The translations under genes and the position numbers were made by a program. From Alphaproteobacteria bacterium RIFCSPHIGHO2_12_FULL_63_12 (GTDB lineage: Bacteria > Pseudomonadota > Alphaproteobacteria > Caulobacterales > Parvularculaceae), in NCBI GenBank assembly GCA_001767925.1, contig MEMM01000162.1, positions 1-50,277 on the forward strand: a stretch of DNA of 50,277 bases. Direction: 5' to 3'. Shown piece after piece: positions 1 through 10,493 of this stretch. How positions within the stretch are numbered: position 1 is the stretch's first letter; the number at the start of each line of letters is the position of its first letter. Below the pieces are notes generated by a model. It did no database searches. It saw only the letters and a list, made by a program, of their open reading frames with translations, and was not told the origin of the DNA.

Positions 1-219
1 GGGATAACTCCATCCCAATAACGGGAATATTCGTCTTTACGCTGAGAAATCAACGGTCTGGAATTCCGCATCCGAAATGATTTTTTCGGCGAAAAACCGT
101 TAGCGGAAAATGCCAATTTCGCGACCTGGGATTGGTGCTCCGTAGGCGGAGGATCAACCTTTTGGGGCGCGCCGACCGCGTTATCAGGCTTCGCCTTCGC
201 GGCAAGAGCGGACCGGCGC

Positions 220-1965
220 CTATTTCGCCAGCGGCCGCTGTTCGCCGTTGAGGACGACGCCCCAGACCGGAATATCGCCCCAGGCCTCGCGGGCGGTCGC
301 CAGCGGATTGGCGTCGAGAACCGTGAAGTCGGCGCGCTTGCCGGGGGCGATCGAGCCGATCTCCTTTTCAAGGCCGAGCGCATAGGCGGCGTCGATGGTG
401 ATCGCTTCGAGCGCTTCTTGCGGCGACAGGCGCTCGTCGGGCGTCAACACGCCTCCTTCGCGCGTCGCCCGCGTCAAGTGCGCACTCGCCGCCAGCAGCG
501 GAAGCGGCGGCGCGAGCGGCGCGTCGGAATGCAGCGTCACCGGAACGCCGGCCGCGCCTAACGAGGCGAGCGGTGTGATCCATTGCCCGCGTTCCGGGCC
601 GAGCGCGGGCTGATACGCCTCGCCGAGATAAAAGACGTAATGGCTGGCGGCCGACACCGTCGCCTTCAGAGCGCCTGCGCGCGTCACTTCTTCGGGCGAA
701 AAAAGGCCCGCATGTTCGATGACGAAGCGCCCGTCTTCGCGCGAGGCGCGCAAGTCCTCCAGTGCGTCCAGCGTCGCATCCTGCGCCTCATCGCCGTTTG
801 AGTGGATCCGGACATCGATCCCGGCGTTCCAATAGGGCCGGATCGTCTCGGCGATCTTTTCGGGATCGAGCACCCACAGGCCCTTCGTTCCCTTTGATTG
901 TCCTTCAAGATAGCCGGGATCGGAAAGGCGCATCGTCTGCGAATAATAGGCGGCGTCGGTGAAGAACTTCACCTGTTTCAGCACCGGCGCAGGCGTTGGC
1001 GTATCCCCTGCCGCCATGGCGAGAACCGTTTCGACGCGATTGTCGCCGAAGGCGCGCTCAAAGGCGCGATGCTCTGGCACGAGGTAAAGTCTGTAGCCGG
1101 AATGTTCGGGCGAGACCCAGTTGTTCGCGATGTTGGCGTCCTCGAAGGGAAAGCCGAACAGGCCGTAGCCGAGATCGGCGACGCTGGTGACGCCGCCGGA
1201 AGTCAACAGATGCGAGAAGCCGTCGAGACCTTGCCTGACGCGCGCGGGATCAAGAAGAACCGGGCCGAGAGTCTGCAAAAGATAAGGGGCGGCGTCCTCA
1301 AAGACGCGCCCGGTCGGCGCGCCTTTGTCGTCGATATCGACGCCCTCGAATTGTTTATGCAGCTCGCCGGTGATTTTCGCCCAGTCGATCGCGCGCGAAT
1401 TCAGGTAAAAATCATGCCCGGAATAATGCCACACGATCAATGGACGTGTCGTCGTCACGCCGTCGAGATCGGTCCTCGTCAGATCGCCATGGACGAGATT
1501 GTGATAGCCGTAAACGATGAGCGGCTCGCCCGCGGGCGCGGCCGCGTCAAGCTCTGCAAGGCGCGTCATGAATGAAGCGCGGTCGCCATAGCCGTCGATC
1601 ATGCCGTCCGCTGTCGCCAGCGGCCAGGGCGGCGCCATCGGCGTCGCATACATGAGCGACGACAACGCCATGTGAATATGCGGGTCGATGAAACCGGGAA
1701 GAATGGTCTTCCTGACGAAGCTCTCGTCGATCTCGGCGCCGGGATAAGCCTCGACCAGATTGTCGATGTCGCCGACGTCGAAAATCACGCCGTCCTTGAC
1801 CGCGACCGCGGTCGCCGAGGGGCGCGTCCTGTCCATGGTGATGACGGTCGCCTCGTAAATGACCGCGCCGGCGCCGGGTTTGACGCGCGCTGATTTCGTC
1901 ATCTTGCCGCAACCGCCGGCCGCGACGGCGAGCGATGCGGCGACAAGCAACAGCGTTTTTTTCAT
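220..1965 (-). CDS. YtcJ-like metal-dependent amidohydrolase (amidohydrolase 3 family), probable lipoprotein
   Basis: Motifs PGFIDPHIH, IHSNGD, IEHA, HSDAP, GSIAPGKRADF; start reassigned to ATG 1965 (MKKTLLL...AAGGC, lipobox-like). Confidence 0.85.
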   Translation of the reverse strand: MKKTLLLVAASLAVAAGGCGKMTKSARVKPGAGAVIYEATVITMDRTRPSATAVAVKDGVIFDVGDIDNLVEAYPGAEIDESFVRKTILPGFIDPHIHMALSSLMYATPMAPPWPLATADGMIDGYGDRASFMTRLAELDAAAPAGEPLIVYGYHNLVHGDLTRTDLDGVTTTRPLIVWHYSGHDFYLNSRAIDWAKITGELHKQFEGVDIDDKGAPTGRVFEDAAPYLLQTLGPVLLDPARVRQGLDGFSHLLTSGGVTSVADLGYGLFGFPFEDANIANNWVSPEHSGYRLYLVPEHRAFERAFGDNRVETVLAMAAGDTPTPAPVLKQVKFFTDAAYYSQTMRLSDPGYLEGQSKGTKGLWVLDPEKIAETIRPYWNAGIDVRIHSNGDEAQDATLDALEDLRASREDGRFVIEHAGLFSPEEVTRAGALKATVSAASHYVFYLGEAYQPALGPERGQWITPLASLGAAGVPVTLHSDAPLAPPLPLLAASAHLTRATREGGVLTPDERLSPQEALEAITIDAAYALGLEKEIGSIAPGKRADFTVLDANPLATAREAWGDIPVWGVVLNGEQRPLAK

Positions 1966-2043
1966 GAGCCGCCCTCCAGCAGACGCCAGAATGCGGCGGC
2001 GCGGCGGCCGATGCAACCGCGCGCGAAAGCGCGTCGCGGCGCC

Positions 2044-4923
2044 TCAGAATTTTCCGTGGCAGGCCTTGTATTTAAGGCCGGACCCGCAGGGGCAAGGCGC
2101 ATTGCGCGGGACCGTGCCCCAGGTTTCCGGTTTGGTCACGTCGACGCCTTGCGCGCGGGCGATTCCGGTCATCGTGCCGATTCCGGCCGAGGCGCTGCGG
2201 CGTCCGCGTTCCCGGGCGGCGGCTTCGGCGATCGCGACCTCGTTCTCGCCGGTCTGCGGATTGACGTGGCTTTCGATGGTGCGCGTCGGGGCCTGCGGGC
2301 GCGGCGCCGCATCTTCCGGGCGCTGCACCTGGATGCGCATCAGCATCCGCGTCACGTCGCGGCGAAGCCCGTCGAGCAGCGATTCAAACAGCGCGAACGC
2401 TTCGGTCTTGAATTCGTTGATCGGGTCGCGCTGGGCGTGACCGCGCATCCACACGACCGAGCGAAGGTGATCGAGCATCTGAAGATGTTCGCGCCAGTTG
2501 GTGTCGAGCACATGGAGAAGGATCGACTTCTCGATCCGGCGCATCACGTCCGGGCCGATGTCAGTCGCGCGCCGCGCCGCGTGATCGGTCACCGCCCGGG
2601 TGAGCTTTTCGGCGATCTCGATATCGGCGACGCCTTCTTGCTTCGCCCATTCGGCGACCGGGAAACTGCGGCCAAAGATCTCCACGAGCTTTTTATCAAG
2701 GCCGTCAATATCCCACTGCTCCGCGTAGGATTTCGGCGGGATATGCTCAGCGACGAGATCGTTGACGAGCTGGTCGCGCATGTCGGCGACGATGTCGTCG
2801 ACCTCGTTCGCCGCCATGAATTCCTTGCGCTGGTCGTAAATCGCTTTTCGCTGATCGTTGATGACGTCGTCGAATTTCAGAAGATTCTTGCGGATGTCGT
2901 AATTGCGCTGCTCGACTTTTTTCTGCGCGGTTTCGACGGCTTTGGTGAACCACGGATGCTCGATCGATTCGTCCGGCTTGATGCCGAAGCGCTTCAGCAT
3001 CTTCTCCATGCCGTCGCCGAAAATGCGCATCAGATCGTCCTGCAGCGACAGGTAGAATTTCGTCGCGCCGGGGTCGCCCTGACGGCCCGATCGGCCGCGA
3101 AGCTGGTTGTCGATGCGGCGGCTTTCGTGACGTTCGGTGCCGAGCACGTAAAGCCCGCCCGCGTCGAGCGCTTTCTTCTTTTCGTCGGCGACGCGCGCTT
3201 CGATTTCGGCGCGCTTGCGCTTGATCGTCTCCACGTCGTCGCCTTCCTCGAGATGGTCGAGGATCTGTTTGTCGACCGAGCCGCCGAGCTGGATGTCGGT
3301 GCCGCGGCCGGCCATGTTGGTGGCGATGGTGACGGCGCCCGGCTTGCCGGCGTCGGCGACGATCGAGGCTTCCTGTTCATGGAAGCGTGCGTTGAGGACG
3401 TTGTGCGGGACCGGAATCTTCCGGATCGCCAGCTCGTCGACATAGGCGGCGCGGTCGAGCAGCGTCTTTTTGAGATCCGCTTCCTTTTCTTTAAGCTGGT
3501 CGGCGCGTTCGCGCAGCGTCTTTGCGACGTCGCGCCAGAACGACTTGTCGCCGAGCAGTTCGGAGAGCTGCTCGGACTTCTCGATCGAGACGGTGCCGAC
3601 AAGGACCGGCTGGCCCTTGCGGTGACATTCGGCGATCTCGATCGCGATCGCCTTGTTCTTCTCGGCGGCCGTCATGTAGAGCTCGTCGTCCATGTCGTTG
3701 CGGGCGATCGGACGGTTGGTCGGGATCTCGACGACATTGAGCTTGTAGATGTCCGCGAATTCCGCCTCTTCGGTGAGCGCGGTGCCGGTCATCCCGGCGA
3801 GCTTTTCGTAAAGCCGGAAATAATTCTGGAAGGTGATCGAGGCGAGCGTCTGGTTTTCCGGCTGGATCGCCGCCTTTTCCTTGGCTTCGACCGCCTGATG
3901 CAGGCCGTCGGACCAGCGGCGCCCTTCCATCATGCGTCCAGTAAACTCGTCGATGATGACGACCTTGTCGCCGCGGACGATGTAATCCTTGTCTTTCTGG
4001 AACGTCTTGTGGGCTTTCAGCGCCTGATTGACGTGGTGGACGATAGAAATGTTGATGGCGTCATATAGGCTTTCGCCCTGAAGAAGGCCCGCTTCCCGCA
4101 GCAGCCCTTCGAGTTTTTCGTTGCCCGATTCCGTGAAGCTGACGGAACGCTGCTTCTCGTCGATTTCGTAGTCGCTCTCGTCAAGGCGCGGAATGAAGCT
4201 GTCGATCGCGATATAAAGCTCCGACTTGTCGTCGGTCGGTCCTGAAATGATCAGCGGCGTCCGCGCTTCGTCGACAAGAATCGAGTCGACCTCGTCGACG
4301 ATCGCGTAATGATGGCCGCGCTGGACCATTTCCTCGCGCGACGCTTTCATGTTGTCGCGGAGATAATCGAAGCCGTATTCGTTATTGGTGCCGTAAGTGA
4401 TGTCGCAGGCGTAGGCGGCGCGCCGTTCGGCGTCGGAAAGCCCGTGGACGATGACGCCGGTTTTCATGCCGAGGCGTTCATAGACGCGGCCCATCCATTC
4501 GGCGTCGCGGCTGGCGAGATAGTCGTTAACGGTGACGACATGGACGCCCTTGCCGGTGAGGGCGTTGAGATAGACAGGAAGGGTGGCGACGAGGGTCTTG
4601 CCTTCGCCGGTCTTCATCTCGGCGATATTGCCCTCGTGAAGGATGATGCCGCCGAGGAGCTGGACGTCGTAATGGCGCTGGCCGAGCGCGCGCTTGGCCG
4701 CTTCCCGGACGACGGCGAAGGCCTCTTCGAGGACCGCGTCGAGGCTTTCCCCGGCGGCGACGCGCGCCTTCAGCGCGTTTGTCCGCTCGATCAGCCCGGC
4801 GTCGGTCAGCGCCGCGGTCTCGGTTTCAAGCGCATTGATCGCTTCGACGCGGCGCCATAGAGGCTTGATGCGGCGTTCATTGGATGAGCCGAAAATCTTT
4901 TTCGCGAGGCCGAACAGCGCCAT
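2044..4923 (-). CDS. secA: Preprotein translocase ATPase SecA
   Basis: [59 protein letters not shown]-terminal [13 protein letters not shown]; start at MALFGLAKK. Confidence 0.98.
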   Translation of the reverse strand: MALFGLAKKIFGSSNERRIKPLWRRVEAINALETETAALTDAGLIERTNALKARVAAGESLDAVLEEAFAVVREAAKRALGQRHYDVQLLGGIILHEGNIAEMKTGEGKTLVATLPVYLNALTGKGVHVVTVNDYLASRDAEWMGRVYERLGMKTGVIVHGLSDAERRAAYACDITYGTNNEYGFDYLRDNMKASREEMVQRGHHYAIVDEVDSILVDEARTPLIISGPTDDKSELYIAIDSFIPRLDESDYEIDEKQRSVSFTESGNEKLEGLLREAGLLQGESLYDAINISIVHHVNQALKAHKTFQKDKDYIVRGDKVVIIDEFTGRMMEGRRWSDGLHQAVEAKEKAAIQPENQTLASITFQNYFRLYEKLAGMTGTALTEEAEFADIYKLNVVEIPTNRPIARNDMDDELYMTAAEKNKAIAIEIAECHRKGQPVLVGTVSIEKSEQLSELLGDKSFWRDVAKTLRERADQLKEKEADLKKTLLDRAAYVDELAIRKIPVPHNVLNARFHEQEASIVADAGKPGAVTIATNMAGRGTDIQLGGSVDKQILDHLEEGDDVETIKRKRAEIEARVADEKKKALDAGGLYVLGTERHESRRIDNQLRGRSGRQGDPGATKFYLSLQDDLMRIFGDGMEKMLKRFGIKPDESIEHPWFTKAVETAQKKVEQRNYDIRKNLLKFDDVINDQRKAIYDQRKEFMAANEVDDIVADMRDQLVNDLVAEHIPPKSYAEQWDIDGLDKKLVEIFGRSFPVAEWAKQEGVADIEIAEKLTRAVTDHAARRATDIGPDVMRRIEKSILLHVLDTNWREHLQMLDHLRSVVWMRGHAQRDPINEFKTEAFALFESLLDGLRRDVTRMLMRIQVQRPEDAAPRPQAPTRTIESHVNPQTGENEVAIAEAAARERGRRSASAGIGTMTGIARAQGVDVTKPETWGTVPRNAPCPCGSGLKYKACHGKF

Positions 4924-5038
4924 GTATGAACGCACCTTCAGATTGAATGTCGCAGCCGCCTCGATGAAATCAAAAGCGCCGCCGTTGAATGTCGGGGCCG
5001 GAAGGGGAGGCGAGAAAGCCGCCCGGACGGGCGCCGGA

Positions 5039-5067
5039 GAGATAGTGAGCGGTCCCCTGACTGTCAA
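5039..5067 (-). promoter_or_regulatory. Putative sigma70 promoter of secA
   Basis: Minus strand TTGACA-N17-TATCTC. Confidence 0.5.
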
Positions 5068-5087
5068 CGAAGGCGGGATTCGTCCCC

Positions 5088-6293
5088 ATGCCCCAACAAC
5101 TTAACGATCGCGATGGGGAGGACGGTCTGGTCCGGACGCCGGACGGCCGCGAATTCAAGGGCGCGGCAGGCGGCCTCGGCTCCTATTTCATCGCGATGGC
5201 GGCGGAGGTCTTTCGGCTGCTTCGCCTCCTTGCCGCGGCGTTCTGGAAGACGGTTCGCACGATATGGAATCTCGCCGAGGCGCTCGACAGCGCCCTCTGG
5301 CGAGGGCTCAAACTCGCCTCAAGATCAAGCGCGCATTTCACCGCCTCGTCGGCGCGCGCATCGGCCGCCGCCTTCGCCGAAGTGTTTCGCTGGCTGCCCT
5401 CGCGGAGCGGGCGCGCCTATGCGGCGGGGTCGTGCGTCGTTCTCGTGCTCTGCGCCCTGTGGGCCGCCGATGAAATCAGGAACGCGCGCTCGGACGCCTC
5501 GGCGCTCGACTCGATTTTCCGCCCGCCGGTCGATCTCGCCGACCCGATCGTTGCGCGTGTCGATAACCGCTTCGTGCATTTGAGCGAGGTCGAGGCCGCC
5601 GCCCGGGCGGGCGGCCAGCTCCAGGAAGGTGAAAAGCTCACCGTCGAGTCCGCTTTCTCGCGCGAGCTGGTCAGCGCTTTTGTCGAACAGCGCCTCCTCG
5701 CGCGGGCGGCGATCGACGAAGGATTGCAGCGCGATCCCTCGGTTCAGCGCCGCCTTCTCGCGGCGCGTGATCGCATTCTCGCCTCGTCCTACATGGAAGG
5801 CCGGATCGCGGCGGCGGTCTCGCCCGAGCGGGTCAAGCGGCTCTATGACAGCCAGGTCGACGTCACCCGCCTCGGCGACGAAGTGAAGGCGCGGCACATC
5901 CTGGTCGCGACCGAAGAGGAGGCGCGATCAATCGTCGATGAGCTGCGCGCCGGCGGCGATTTCGCCGCGATCGCAAGGGGACGCTCGCTCGACCGGGCGA
6001 CCGCGCCGCTTGGCGGCGAGGTCGGCTGGTTCACCAAGGACATGATGACGCCGCCCTTCTCGGCGGCGGCGTTTTCGACCCCATCGGGCGATATCGCCGA
6101 ACCGTTCTCGACCGAATTCGGCTGGCACGTGCTTCAGGTGCTTGACCGGCGGGCGACCGGCGGCGTGCCGTTCGGCGCGGTCGAAGACAACGTGAAGCGC
6201 TTCTTAACCCTTCGCGCCGTCAGCCAGACGCTCGACGCGCTCAAAGCCGAAGATGACGTCCTCTATTTCCCCCCGGAATCCGGCGAAAAATAG
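5088..6293 (+). CDS. Parvulin-type peptidyl-prolyl isomerase (PrsA/PpiC-like), membrane anchored, long N-terminal extension
   Basis: [23 protein letters not shown] rotamase motifs; divergent from secA. Confidence 0.9.
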   Translation: MPQQLNDRDGEDGLVRTPDGREFKGAAGGLGSYFIAMAAEVFRLLRLLAAAFWKTVRTIWNLAEALDSALWRGLKLASRSSAHFTASSARASAAAFAEVFRWLPSRSGRAYAAGSCVVLVLCALWAADEIRNARSDASALDSIFRPPVDLADPIVARVDNRFVHLSEVEAAARAGGQLQEGEKLTVESAFSRELVSAFVEQRLLARAAIDEGLQRDPSVQRRLLAARDRILASSYMEGRIAAAVSPERVKRLYDSQVDVTRLGDEVKARHILVATEEEARSIVDELRAGGDFAAIARGRSLDRATAPLGGEVGWFTKDMMTPPFSAAAFSTPSGDIAEPFSTEFGWHVLQVLDRRATGGVPFGAVEDNVKRFLTLRAVSQTLDALKAEDDVLYFPPESGEK

Positions 6294-6368
6294 CGCCTGT
6301 CCGATAAAATTGAATATAACGCCGCAACATGCAGGTAATTCGCGGCTGGTAATAATTGGGGCGGAAAC

Positions 6369-6770
6369 ATGGCAAGGCTGCTGATCGTGGCGGCGGGCGC
6401 ATTGATCGACGGCGACGGCAGGGTGCTTCTGGCCCGTCGCCCGAAAGGCAAGGAAATGGCGGGTCTCTGGGAATTTCCCGGCGGCAAGCTCAAGGACGAC
6501 GAAACGCCTGAGGGGGCTTTGGTGCGAGAGCTGAAAGAGGAACTTGGTATCGATGTCGAGACATCCTGTCTCGCACCGATCGCTTTTTCCTCGACGAATT
6601 CAGCCGCCTTTCACCTCTTGATGCCACTTTATGCGTGCAGGAAATGGAAAGGCGTGGCGCGGCCGCTCGAAGCGGAAGCGCTGGTCTGGGTAAGGCCGAC
6701 GGAATTTCAGGCATATGAAATGCCCCCGGCGGATCGGCCGCTCGCAGCTCAATTAAGGGATCTGTTATGA
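6369..6770 (+). CDS. mutT: 8-oxo-dGTP diphosphatase MutT (Nudix)
   Basis: GLWEFPGGK...RELKEELGI Nudix box; PPADRP tail. Confidence 0.92.
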   Translation: MARLLIVAAGALIDGDGRVLLARRPKGKEMAGLWEFPGGKLKDDETPEGALVRELKEELGIDVETSCLAPIAFSSTNSAAFHLLMPLYACRKWKGVARPLEAEALVWVRPTEFQAYEMPPADRPLAAQLRDLL

Positions 6771-6961
6771 TCGGGCGAAGTCAGCTGAATGAGTCACCGG
6801 CGCTGGTGAAGGATTTTGCTCGCGACGAAAGAGGCTCGACCGCGATCGAATACGGGCTGATCGTTTCCCTGATTTTTCTCGCGATCACCGCGGCGGTGAA
6901 CAGCTTCACCTCCAAGACGAACGTCATGTATTCCACGATCCAGAGCACGCTCGAAAATTAA
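6767..6961 (+). CDS. Flp family type IVb pilin (alternative start GTG 6806)
   Basis: FARDERG|STAIEYGLI prepilin motif followed by a hydrophobic helix. Confidence 0.9.
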   Translation: MIGRSQLNESPALVKDFARDERGSTAIEYGLIVSLIFLAITAAVNSFTSKTNVMYSTIQSTLEN

Positions 6962-7815
6962 AACTTCCGAATCGCCTCCGCGAGGGAGTGCGTGGCGCTT
7001 CCCGGCTTTAGCGGTTGCTGCTGGCGCGGATGCGGCGCCCAGCCTGTCAACGTAACAAGATCGAAGGTCGCAACAGACGCCGCGGCGAGCGTCTCGATCG
7101 CGCCGGCGAGCGCGTCGCGCCTCAGTCCGCGGCCGCGATGGACAAGGCAGCAGGTCTCGCCCATGCCCTTAAGATCGCGGAGCAGTCGCGCCGGCTCCCG
7201 GTAGCGCACTTCGACGCGGTCGACATCGGCGACGGGAAGCGCGAAACCCGCGCGCTGCAAGACCGCGCCAAGGTCCCGAACGCTGGCGAAGGGCGCGACG
7301 CGCGGCGAGACGCCGCCGGCATAGTCCGTTTCGCTGGCGTAGAGCGCGGCCCGCAATTCCTTCAGCGTTTCTTCCGCGAACAGCACGGCGATCAAAAGGC
7401 CGTCCGGCTTTAGCGCCGAACGCATCTGCGTCAGCGCGCCGACCGGGTCGTTCACCGCGTGCAACGTCAGCAAGCTGACGATCAGGTCGAAGGAGGCCGC
7501 GGCGAACGGCGAGGCTTCCTCGTCGAATACCGCCGACGAGGGGCGCCCCTCGATGCGCGCGAAGTCGAGATCGGCGTGCACGATGTCGCCGACGCCGCAG
7601 GCTGGGGTCAGCATTTCGGTCAGCGATCCGGCGCCGTAGAAGAGCGCCCGCGGGAAGCTGCGCGTCACCGATTCAAGGCGGTCCGTCACATCCGCCATCG
7701 CTCGCCGGTGAAGAAAGTCGTGATCCGCGAACGCCGCCGCGGCGCGCGCCCGCCGGCGCCTGTACAATGACCGGTCGAAAATCAGCGGAGGGGCGTCGGC
7801 GCGCATCCGGCGCAT
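6958..7815 (-). CDS. Class I SAM-dependent methyltransferase (BioC/NDUFAF5-like); start may be 7806
   Basis: IFDR, FDLIVSLLTLHAVND, LKPDGL, LQRAGFALPVADVD, DLKGMGE, QQPLKPGSA; divergent from comF. Confidence 0.85.
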   Translation of the reverse strand: MRRMRADAPPLIFDRSLYRRRRARAAAAFADHDFLHRRAMADVTDRLESVTRSFPRALFYGAGSLTEMLTPACGVGDIVHADLDFARIEGRPSSAVFDEEASPFAAASFDLIVSLLTLHAVNDPVGALTQMRSALKPDGLLIAVLFAEETLKELRAALYASETDYAGGVSPRVAPFASVRDLGAVLQRAGFALPVADVDRVEVRYREPARLLRDLKGMGETCCLVHRGRGLRRDALAGAIETLAAASVATFDLVTLTGWAPHPRQQQPLKPGSATHSLAEAIRKF

Positions 7816-7955
7816 GTAGAACCCCGGCGGGCCTGCTGCAATGCGCCCCAGCGCCCGTCGCCTAGGCCAAACCCGACGCCGGCGCAGACGGTCTTGCAAT
7901 CGCCCTGAATCCGGGAAAACCTTCCGCCCGAACCTTGATCCGGCAGGAGCGATTG

Positions 7956-8756
7956 ATGGAGGACGGGCCTATCTCAGACCGGCCGGCCGGGGCGGCGCTT
8001 GGCTCGCGCTCAAACCTGGTCTCGGCGTCGATGTCGCGCCTTCTCGACGCGCTCACGCCGCCGCTTTGCCCGATCACGAATGAACGAGTGTCCGCTCCCG
8101 GAATTATCGCGGCGCACGCCTGGGCGAAACTGCGCTTCATCGACGATCCCGTATGCGCGCGGTGCGGCGCCCCGTTTTCGCACGAGGTCGGCAAGGGCGT
8201 CGAATGCGCCGGCTGCATCGCCGATCCGCCGGAGTTTGACAGCGCGCGCGCGGCCGTCATCTATGACGACGCGAGCCACGGGCTGATCGTCTCCTTCAAG
8301 CATGCAGACCGGACGGATTTGACGCCGCTTCTGGCGCAATGGCTGGCGCGTGCGGGATCTGGACTGGTGACGCCCGGCGCCTTGCTGATTCCAGCGCCGC
8401 TGCATCCGGCGCGGCTGTTCGCACGCCGCTATAATCAGGCGGCCCTTCTCTCGCGCGCGGTCGCCGCATTGACGGGCGCGCGTTTCGAGCCGATGGCGCT
8501 GACGCGCCTGCGCCCGACGCCGCCGCAAAAAAATCTCTCGCCGGAAGCGCGGCGGCGCAATGTCGCTGGCGCCTTCGCCGTGCGCGCCGACAAAGCCGCG
8601 CTGGTCGCCGGCGCGCATATCGTTCTTGTCGACGATGTATTGACGACCGGGGCGACCTTGTCGTCTTGCGCGCGGGCCCTGAAAAAGGCCGGCGCCGCGC
8701 GCGTTGACGCGCTCGTGCTGGCGCGCGTCGTCAGGGGCGGAACGGCGCTTGCGTGA
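7956..8756 (+). CDS. comF: ComF family protein (zinc ribbon + phosphoribosyltransferase domain)
   Basis: CARC...CAGC, PLH..R..RRYNQA, LVDDVLTTGAT; SD CAGGAG before ATG 7956. Confidence 0.9.
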   Translation: MEDGPISDRPAGAALGSRSNLVSASMSRLLDALTPPLCPITNERVSAPGIIAAHAWAKLRFIDDPVCARCGAPFSHEVGKGVECAGCIADPPEFDSARAAVIYDDASHGLIVSFKHADRTDLTPLLAQWLARAGSGLVTPGALLIPAPLHPARLFARRYNQAALLSRAVAALTGARFEPMALTRLRPTPPQKNLSPEARRRNVAGAFAVRADKAALVAGAHIVLVDDVLTTGATLSSCARALKKAGAARVDALVLARVVRGGTALA

Positions 8757-8881
8757 TGCGGGCGACGGCGGCGCTGGGCGGCGGTCATCCCAACTGTTCA
8801 AAAATTTCGGGGGAAACGCTAGGCGCGGCTGAAAAAATGGAGGATCATTGGCCGATTTCCGAATGCGAGGCCGTTCCGTCG

Positions 8882-9139
8882 ATGAAGTCCGTCACCATCT
8901 ACACCAAGCCGCTATGCCCCTATTGCGTCCGGGCGATTTCCCTCCTGAAAAAGAAGGGCGCGCCGATCGATGAGATCAGCGCCGCGTTCGACAATCAAAA
9001 ACGCGCCGAAATGATCCAACGCGCCAAGGGCGCCAGAACTTTTCCGCAAATTTTCATCGGCGATTATCATGTCGGCGGCTGCGACGAGCTTTACGCCCTC
9101 GACAGCGCCGGCAAGCTTGATCCCCTTCTCAATGGATGA
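8882..9139 (+). CDS. grxC: Glutaredoxin 3
   Basis: CPYC active site, TFPQIFIG, GGCDEL. Confidence 0.95.
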   Translation: MKSVTIYTKPLCPYCVRAISLLKKKGAPIDEISAAFDNQKRAEMIQRAKGARTFPQIFIGDYHVGGCDELYALDSAGKLDPLLNG

Positions 9140-9992
9140 CCGGGCCGACACCGACCGCACCGCCTTCCGGGCGGCGTGCGTGCAGATGCGGTCCGGGATC
9201 GACCGCGCCAAAAATGTCGATGCGGCGGTCGCCCTGATAAATGAGGCCGCGCAAAAGGGCGCGCATTTCATTGTGACGCCTGAGATGACCACTGCGGTCG
9301 ACCGTGAAGCCGGACGGCTGTCGGCGTCGCTGCCGGTGGGCGAGGATATCGATGACGTGAAAGCGTTCGCCGTCGCGGCGTCTGAGAACGGCGTTTGGCT
9401 CCTGATCGGCTCGATGGCGATCAATCGCGGCGACGGCAGGCTGGCAAACCGCAGTTTCCTGTTCGGTCCCGACGGCGAAATCGCGACGCGCTATGACAAG
9501 ATTCACATGTTCGACGTCAATCTTGAAAACGGCGAGAGCTGGCGCGAGTCGCGCATTTACCATCCGGGGGGCGAGGCGATCGTCGTCGAAACGCCGCTCG
9601 CGCGTCTCGGCCTCTCGATCTGTTATGACGTTCGCTTCCCGCATCTCTATCGCGCCATGGCCAAGGCCGGCGCGGAAGTCTTTTGCGTGCCGGCGGCCTT
9701 CACCCGCCAGACCGGCCGCGCCCACTGGAAGACGCTGTTGACGGCGCGCGCGATCGAATGCGGCGCCTTTGTCATCGCCGCGGCGCAGGGAGGCGTTCAT
9801 GAGGACGGGCGCGAGACTTTTGGCCATTCGCTGATCATATCGCCCTGGGGAGATATTCTTGCCGAGGCGAGGGGAGATGAACCCGGCGTTATCCTTGCTG
9901 AGATAGACACCTCGCGCGTCGCCGCGACGCGCCGCCAGATTCCGAGCCTCGCCCTTGAAACGCCGTTCAAAGTCCTCAATGTAGAAGTATGA
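9132..9992 (+). CDS. Carbon-nitrogen hydrolase (Nit1-like, probable deaminated-glutathione amidase)
   Basis: E-K-C triad in TPEM, YDKIHMFD, ICYDVRFP; overlaps the grxC stop. Confidence 0.9.
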   Translation: MDDRADTDRTAFRAACVQMRSGIDRAKNVDAAVALINEAAQKGAHFIVTPEMTTAVDREAGRLSASLPVGEDIDDVKAFAVAASENGVWLLIGSMAINRGDGRLANRSFLFGPDGEIATRYDKIHMFDVNLENGESWRESRIYHPGGEAIVVETPLARLGLSICYDVRFPHLYRAMAKAGAEVFCVPAAFTRQTGRAHWKTLLTARAIECGAFVIAAAQGGVHEDGRETFGHSLIISPWGDILAEARGDEPGVILAEIDTSRVAATRRQIPSLALETPFKVLNVEV

Positions 9993-10432
9993 TCAAGTAT
10001 CAGTTGAAGTGCGGAAGCGGCTGTTCGTTTGAAGGCTGGTTCCGGTCGAGCGAGGATTTCGACAGTCAGGCGGCGAAAGGCGCGCTCGAATGCCCTTTTT
10101 GCGCCTCGACCCAGATCGGCCGCGCCATCATGGCGCCGGCGGTCGTCGCCGGCGGCGGCGCGCGCCGTAACGAGCGCCTTGAGGTCATGCGTGAGACCAT
10201 GGCGGCCGCGGCGCGCCGGGCGCGCGACTATGTCGAGAAGAACTTCGACTATGTCGGCGAGAAATTTCCCGAAGAAGCGCGCAAGATCCATTATGGCGAG
10301 ACCAGGGAACGCAGCATTTACGGCGAGGCGACCGGCAAGGAAGTAAAAGACCTGGTCGATGAGGGCGTTTCCGTCGCGCCGATGCCCGCGCCCGCAATTC
10401 CGGGCGATGTCGCAAAAAAGAAATTGAATTGA
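9989..10432 (+). CDS. DUF1178 family protein
   Basis: FEGWF, CPFC, IMAP, DYVGEKFPEEARKIHYGE, IYGEAT. Confidence 0.88.
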   Translation: MIKYQLKCGSGCSFEGWFRSSEDFDSQAAKGALECPFCASTQIGRAIMAPAVVAGGGARRNERLEVMRETMAAAARRARDYVEKNFDYVGEKFPEEARKIHYGETRERSIYGEATGKEVKDLVDEGVSVAPMPAPAIPGDVAKKKLN

Positions 10433-10493
10433 CGATTGCGCGAGAAAGGCCGCGGCGCTTGCGCGCCGCAGCGCATCGGTCTTTCATCGCGCC

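Noticed and set aside
1-219. Relatively AT-rich non-coding stretch with small hairpins and an IHF-like sequence
   Set aside because: No recognisable RNA gene; probably the promoter of a gene outside the window
2011-4068. 685-aa plus-strand ORF antisense to secA, and many similar shadow ORFs (e.g. 21896-23170, 24139-25389, 43797-44876)
   Set aside because: Expected antisense frames of high-GC coding sequence; no protein motifs
8065-8125. First zinc ribbon of ComF lacks three of four Cys
   Set aside because: The rest of the protein is intact; loss of a zinc ribbon is common variation and not evidence of a pseudogene
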